Positions 61,783 through 64,000 of a DNA stretch of 64,000 nt are shown here, piece after piece. The notes beneath the pieces are model-generated. The model was not told where the DNA came from. It saw only the letters and a list, made by a program, of their open reading frames with translations, and did no database searches. A program made the position numbers and the translations under genes. Positions within the stretch are counted from its first letter, which is position 1, and each line of letters starts with the position of its first letter. The DNA comes from Alphaproteobacteria bacterium (lineage in GTDB: Bacteria > Pseudomonadota > Alphaproteobacteria > GCA-2731375): NCBI GenBank assembly GCA_965232515.1, contig CBDDPY010000002.1:736001-800000 (forward strand), given 5' to 3'.

Positions 61783-62955
61783 TCAGCCCCGCGCCGCCTT
61801 CTCCTGCGCGTATTTCTCGGTCATGGTCTCGACCGCCTTCATGTGGGTTTCGGCCAGCTCGGGACGGAGTTTCTCGGCCCGGGCCGCGGCGTCCATGGTC
61901 GGCCGGTAGTGGCCCTGGAAATGCGGCATGACGTTGCGGGCGATCAGCTCGTAGCTCTTCTTTGTGGCCTCCGGATCGGCCCAGTTGTGCGCCAGCATCA
62001 GATAGGCGCCGAAGCCGCCGTTCGACTGTTTCTGCAGGCGTTCGATCTGGCCGACGGCCATCTCCGGCGTGCCGATCGCGCCGAAGCCGGACTCGTTCAC
62101 GAAATCGATCATCTCGCGGATGTTGTTGCCGGGCACGGCCATCTGCGGGAAGGCGGCGACGGCCTGGAAATAGTGGAACCACTGCTCCATGCCGTATTCG
62201 ACGTCGCGATAGGCCTGTTCCTTGGTCTCGGCGATATGCACGAGGCCGACCAACCGCCATTTCGAGCGGTCGACCGTGGTGCCATGCACGCGGGCTTCTT
62301 CCTCCATTACGTCCCAGTGCAGCGCCAGCGCGTCGAAGCCGGCCGCCGTGGTGGCGCCGATCGACAGGAGGCCGATGCCGTGCCGGCCGGCAAGCCTTGG
62401 TCCGGCGGGCGAGGCGACGGCGGCAGCGGAGATGTCGAACAGCGGGTTCGAATAGGGCTTGAGATGCAGGCGTGCGTCGCGCAGGTCCCAGCGGTCGTTC
62501 TTGAAGGTGATCGGCTCATCGCTGCGCAGCAGGTGCATGATGACGCCCAGGCTGTCTTCCAAGAGGTCGCGGGTCTGCGACTGCGACAGGCCGATCATGG
62601 TGCCGTCGGTCGGCAGGGCGCCGGGGCCGGCGCCGAACATCACCCGGCCGCGGGTCAGATGGTCCAGCATGACGATGCGTTCGGCGACCCAGAGCGGGTT
62701 GTGATAGGACAGGCTGACGACGCCGGTGCCGAGCTTGATGTGCTTGGTATGCTGGGCGGCGGCGGCAATGAAGATCTCCGGCGAGGCGATGATCTCGGAG
62801 CCGGCGGAATGATGCTCGCCGATCCAGGCCTCGTCATAGCCACAACGGTCGAGCCACTGGATCAGCTCGATATCGTTGTGTATCGCCAATGTGGGATTGA
62901 TGCCGGGCTTGTGGAACGGCGCCAAAAAGATGCCGAAACGAAGTCGGGGATCCAT
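61783..62955 (-). CDS. Luciferase-like (LLM) flavin monooxygenase, LimB-like
   Basis: RFGIFLAPFH, EAWIGEHHSAG, LDHLTRGR and GPGALPTD. Confidence 0.9.
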   Translation of the reverse strand: MDPRLRFGIFLAPFHKPGINPTLAIHNDIELIQWLDRCGYDEAWIGEHHSAGSEIIASPEIFIAAAAQHTKHIKLGTGVVSLSYHNPLWVAERIVMLDHLTRGRVMFGAGPGALPTDGTMIGLSQSQTRDLLEDSLGVIMHLLRSDEPITFKNDRWDLRDARLHLKPYSNPLFDISAAAVASPAGPRLAGRHGIGLLSIGATTAAGFDALALHWDVMEEEARVHGTTVDRSKWRLVGLVHIAETKEQAYRDVEYGMEQWFHYFQAVAAFPQMAVPGNNIREMIDFVNESGFGAIGTPEMAVGQIERLQKQSNGGFGAYLMLAHNWADPEATKKSYELIARNVMPHFQGHYRPTMDAAARAEKLRPELAETHMKAVETMTEKYAQEKAARG

Positions 62956-63126
62956 GCTGCTTTTCCTTCCCTGAATTTGCCGCCGTCACTTGTCATCGAA
63001 CGCATCGACGCGGAACGACCGGAGTTGCGAAGCGAAAACAGTAGGGACCGTCCCGCGAGCCGTCAACGCGAGCGCCGGGTGGCCGCAGCATTATGAGAAT
63101 TGACTGAATTGCGCTATCCAAACCGG

Positions 63127-64000
63127 ATGGACATGCGGTCGGACGGAAGAAGCTGGAAAGCCGCCGTCGTCGCGGCGGTCGCCGCCGGCATCGTTATCTG
63201 CGCGGCGCTGCTGTGGCAGACGGCCTATTGGACGCGTGAGATCGCGCTTACCGATATCCGCGAGCGCAGCAACCACACGCTCAACCTGGTGGTGGAAAAC
63301 CTGCGCGGCGAATTGGCGAAGCACCAATATCAACCGCGATTGCTGTCGACCAATCCCATCTTCATCGAGATCCTTTCCGACCCGTCATCCGGTGACCGAG
63401 TCGGCGCGGCCAACCGTGAGCTCGAACGCATCGCCGACGTGTCCGGCGCGCTCGACATTTATCTGATGGATGCGACGGGATTGACGGTGGCCGCCAGCAA
63501 CTGGGCGGCGCCACGGACTTTCATTGGCCGTAACTTCGACTACCGCCCCTATTTCCAACAGGCCATGAAGGGGCAACTTGGCCGTTTCTTCGCCCTTGGC
63601 ACGACATCGCGCGAGCGCGGCTACTATTTCGCCTATCCCGTCCGCGACGGCCGGGACATCGTCGGCGCCATCGTCGTCAAGATGGCGGTCGGCGGCCTCG
63701 AGGCCGGCTGGCAGGACCCGGACCAGGAGGTGCTGGTGGTCGACGAGCATGGCGTCGTGTTCTTGAGCAGCCGGCCGGCTTGGCTATTCCGAACGCTTGC
63801 GCCGCTGACGTCGGAGGCGCGCGCACGCCTGGATGCGACCAAGCGCTATGAGGCGCGGGCGCTTGCGCCCTTGCCACTGCACCGGGAGGCGGATCCGACC
63901 TTGATCAGGGTCGGCGATGACGACGGTGACGCGCCGCGGCCGCGGCAGGAATACCTGGTGCTGGACCGGCAGATGATCGACGCGGGCTGGCGGGTGATCA
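63127..64000 (+). CDS. dctB: DctB-like C4-dicarboxylate sensor kinase (partial, runs off window end)
   Basis: Manual translation: TM, then IYLMDATGLTVAASNW, FIGRNFDYRPYF and FFALGTTSRERGYYF (dCache); TTG 63100 is an alternative start. Confidence 0.85.
   Translation, partial: MDMRSDGRSWKAAVVAAVAAGIVICAALLWQTAYWTREIALTDIRERSNHTLNLVVENLRGELAKHQYQPRLLSTNPIFIEILSDPSSGDRVGAANRELERIADVSGALDIYLMDATGLTVAASNWAAPRTFIGRNFDYRPYFQQAMKGQLGRFFALGTTSRERGYYFAYPVRDGRDIVGAIVVKMAVGGLEAGWQDPDQEVLVVDEHGVVFLSSRPAWLFRTLAPLTSEARARLDATKRYEARALAPLPLHREADPTLIRVGDDDGDAPRPRQEYLVLDRQMIDAGWRVI

Overview
GC-rich alphaproteobacterial chromosome segment, probably Rhodospirillales-like. Bases ~1-42.6 kb follow the conserved alphaproteobacterial gene order: HIT, GNAT/FemAB-like, GDPD, Rid, eipB, dinB, DUF3572, divK, pleD, rpmG, Nudix, DUF983, rnr, topA, dprA, plsY, pyrC, pyrB, ruvX, gatCAB. 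Several accessory blocks interrupt this order. Bases ~42.6-64 kb are accessory metabolism and signalling genes: a PEP-CTERM repeat protein, class III cyclases, a TRAP-amidase-GH84 operon, an orphan TPP-dependent E1 pair, an LLM monooxygenase and a partial DctB. I saw no rRNA, tRNA, CRISPR array, transposase, integrase or reverse transcriptase. The most interesting signals are regulatory. (1) Matching 12-bp-period ACAACG arrays lie on both sides of a wHTH/alpha-beta-hydrolase regulator; one points at a CYP103-like P450 and the other at a structured leader. (2) A convergent adenylate cyclase/diguanylate cyclase pair has a perfect CtrA box at one end and a sigma54 promoter with two ftr-like sites at the other. 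(3) A complete sigma54 promoter with tandem enhancers precedes a PEP-CTERM protein built from four near-identical 165-bp repeats. (4) A cytoplasmic GH84 O-GlcNAcase-like gene is coupled to a TRAP/amidase operon. All family calls come from motif recognition by eye; no database searches were run.
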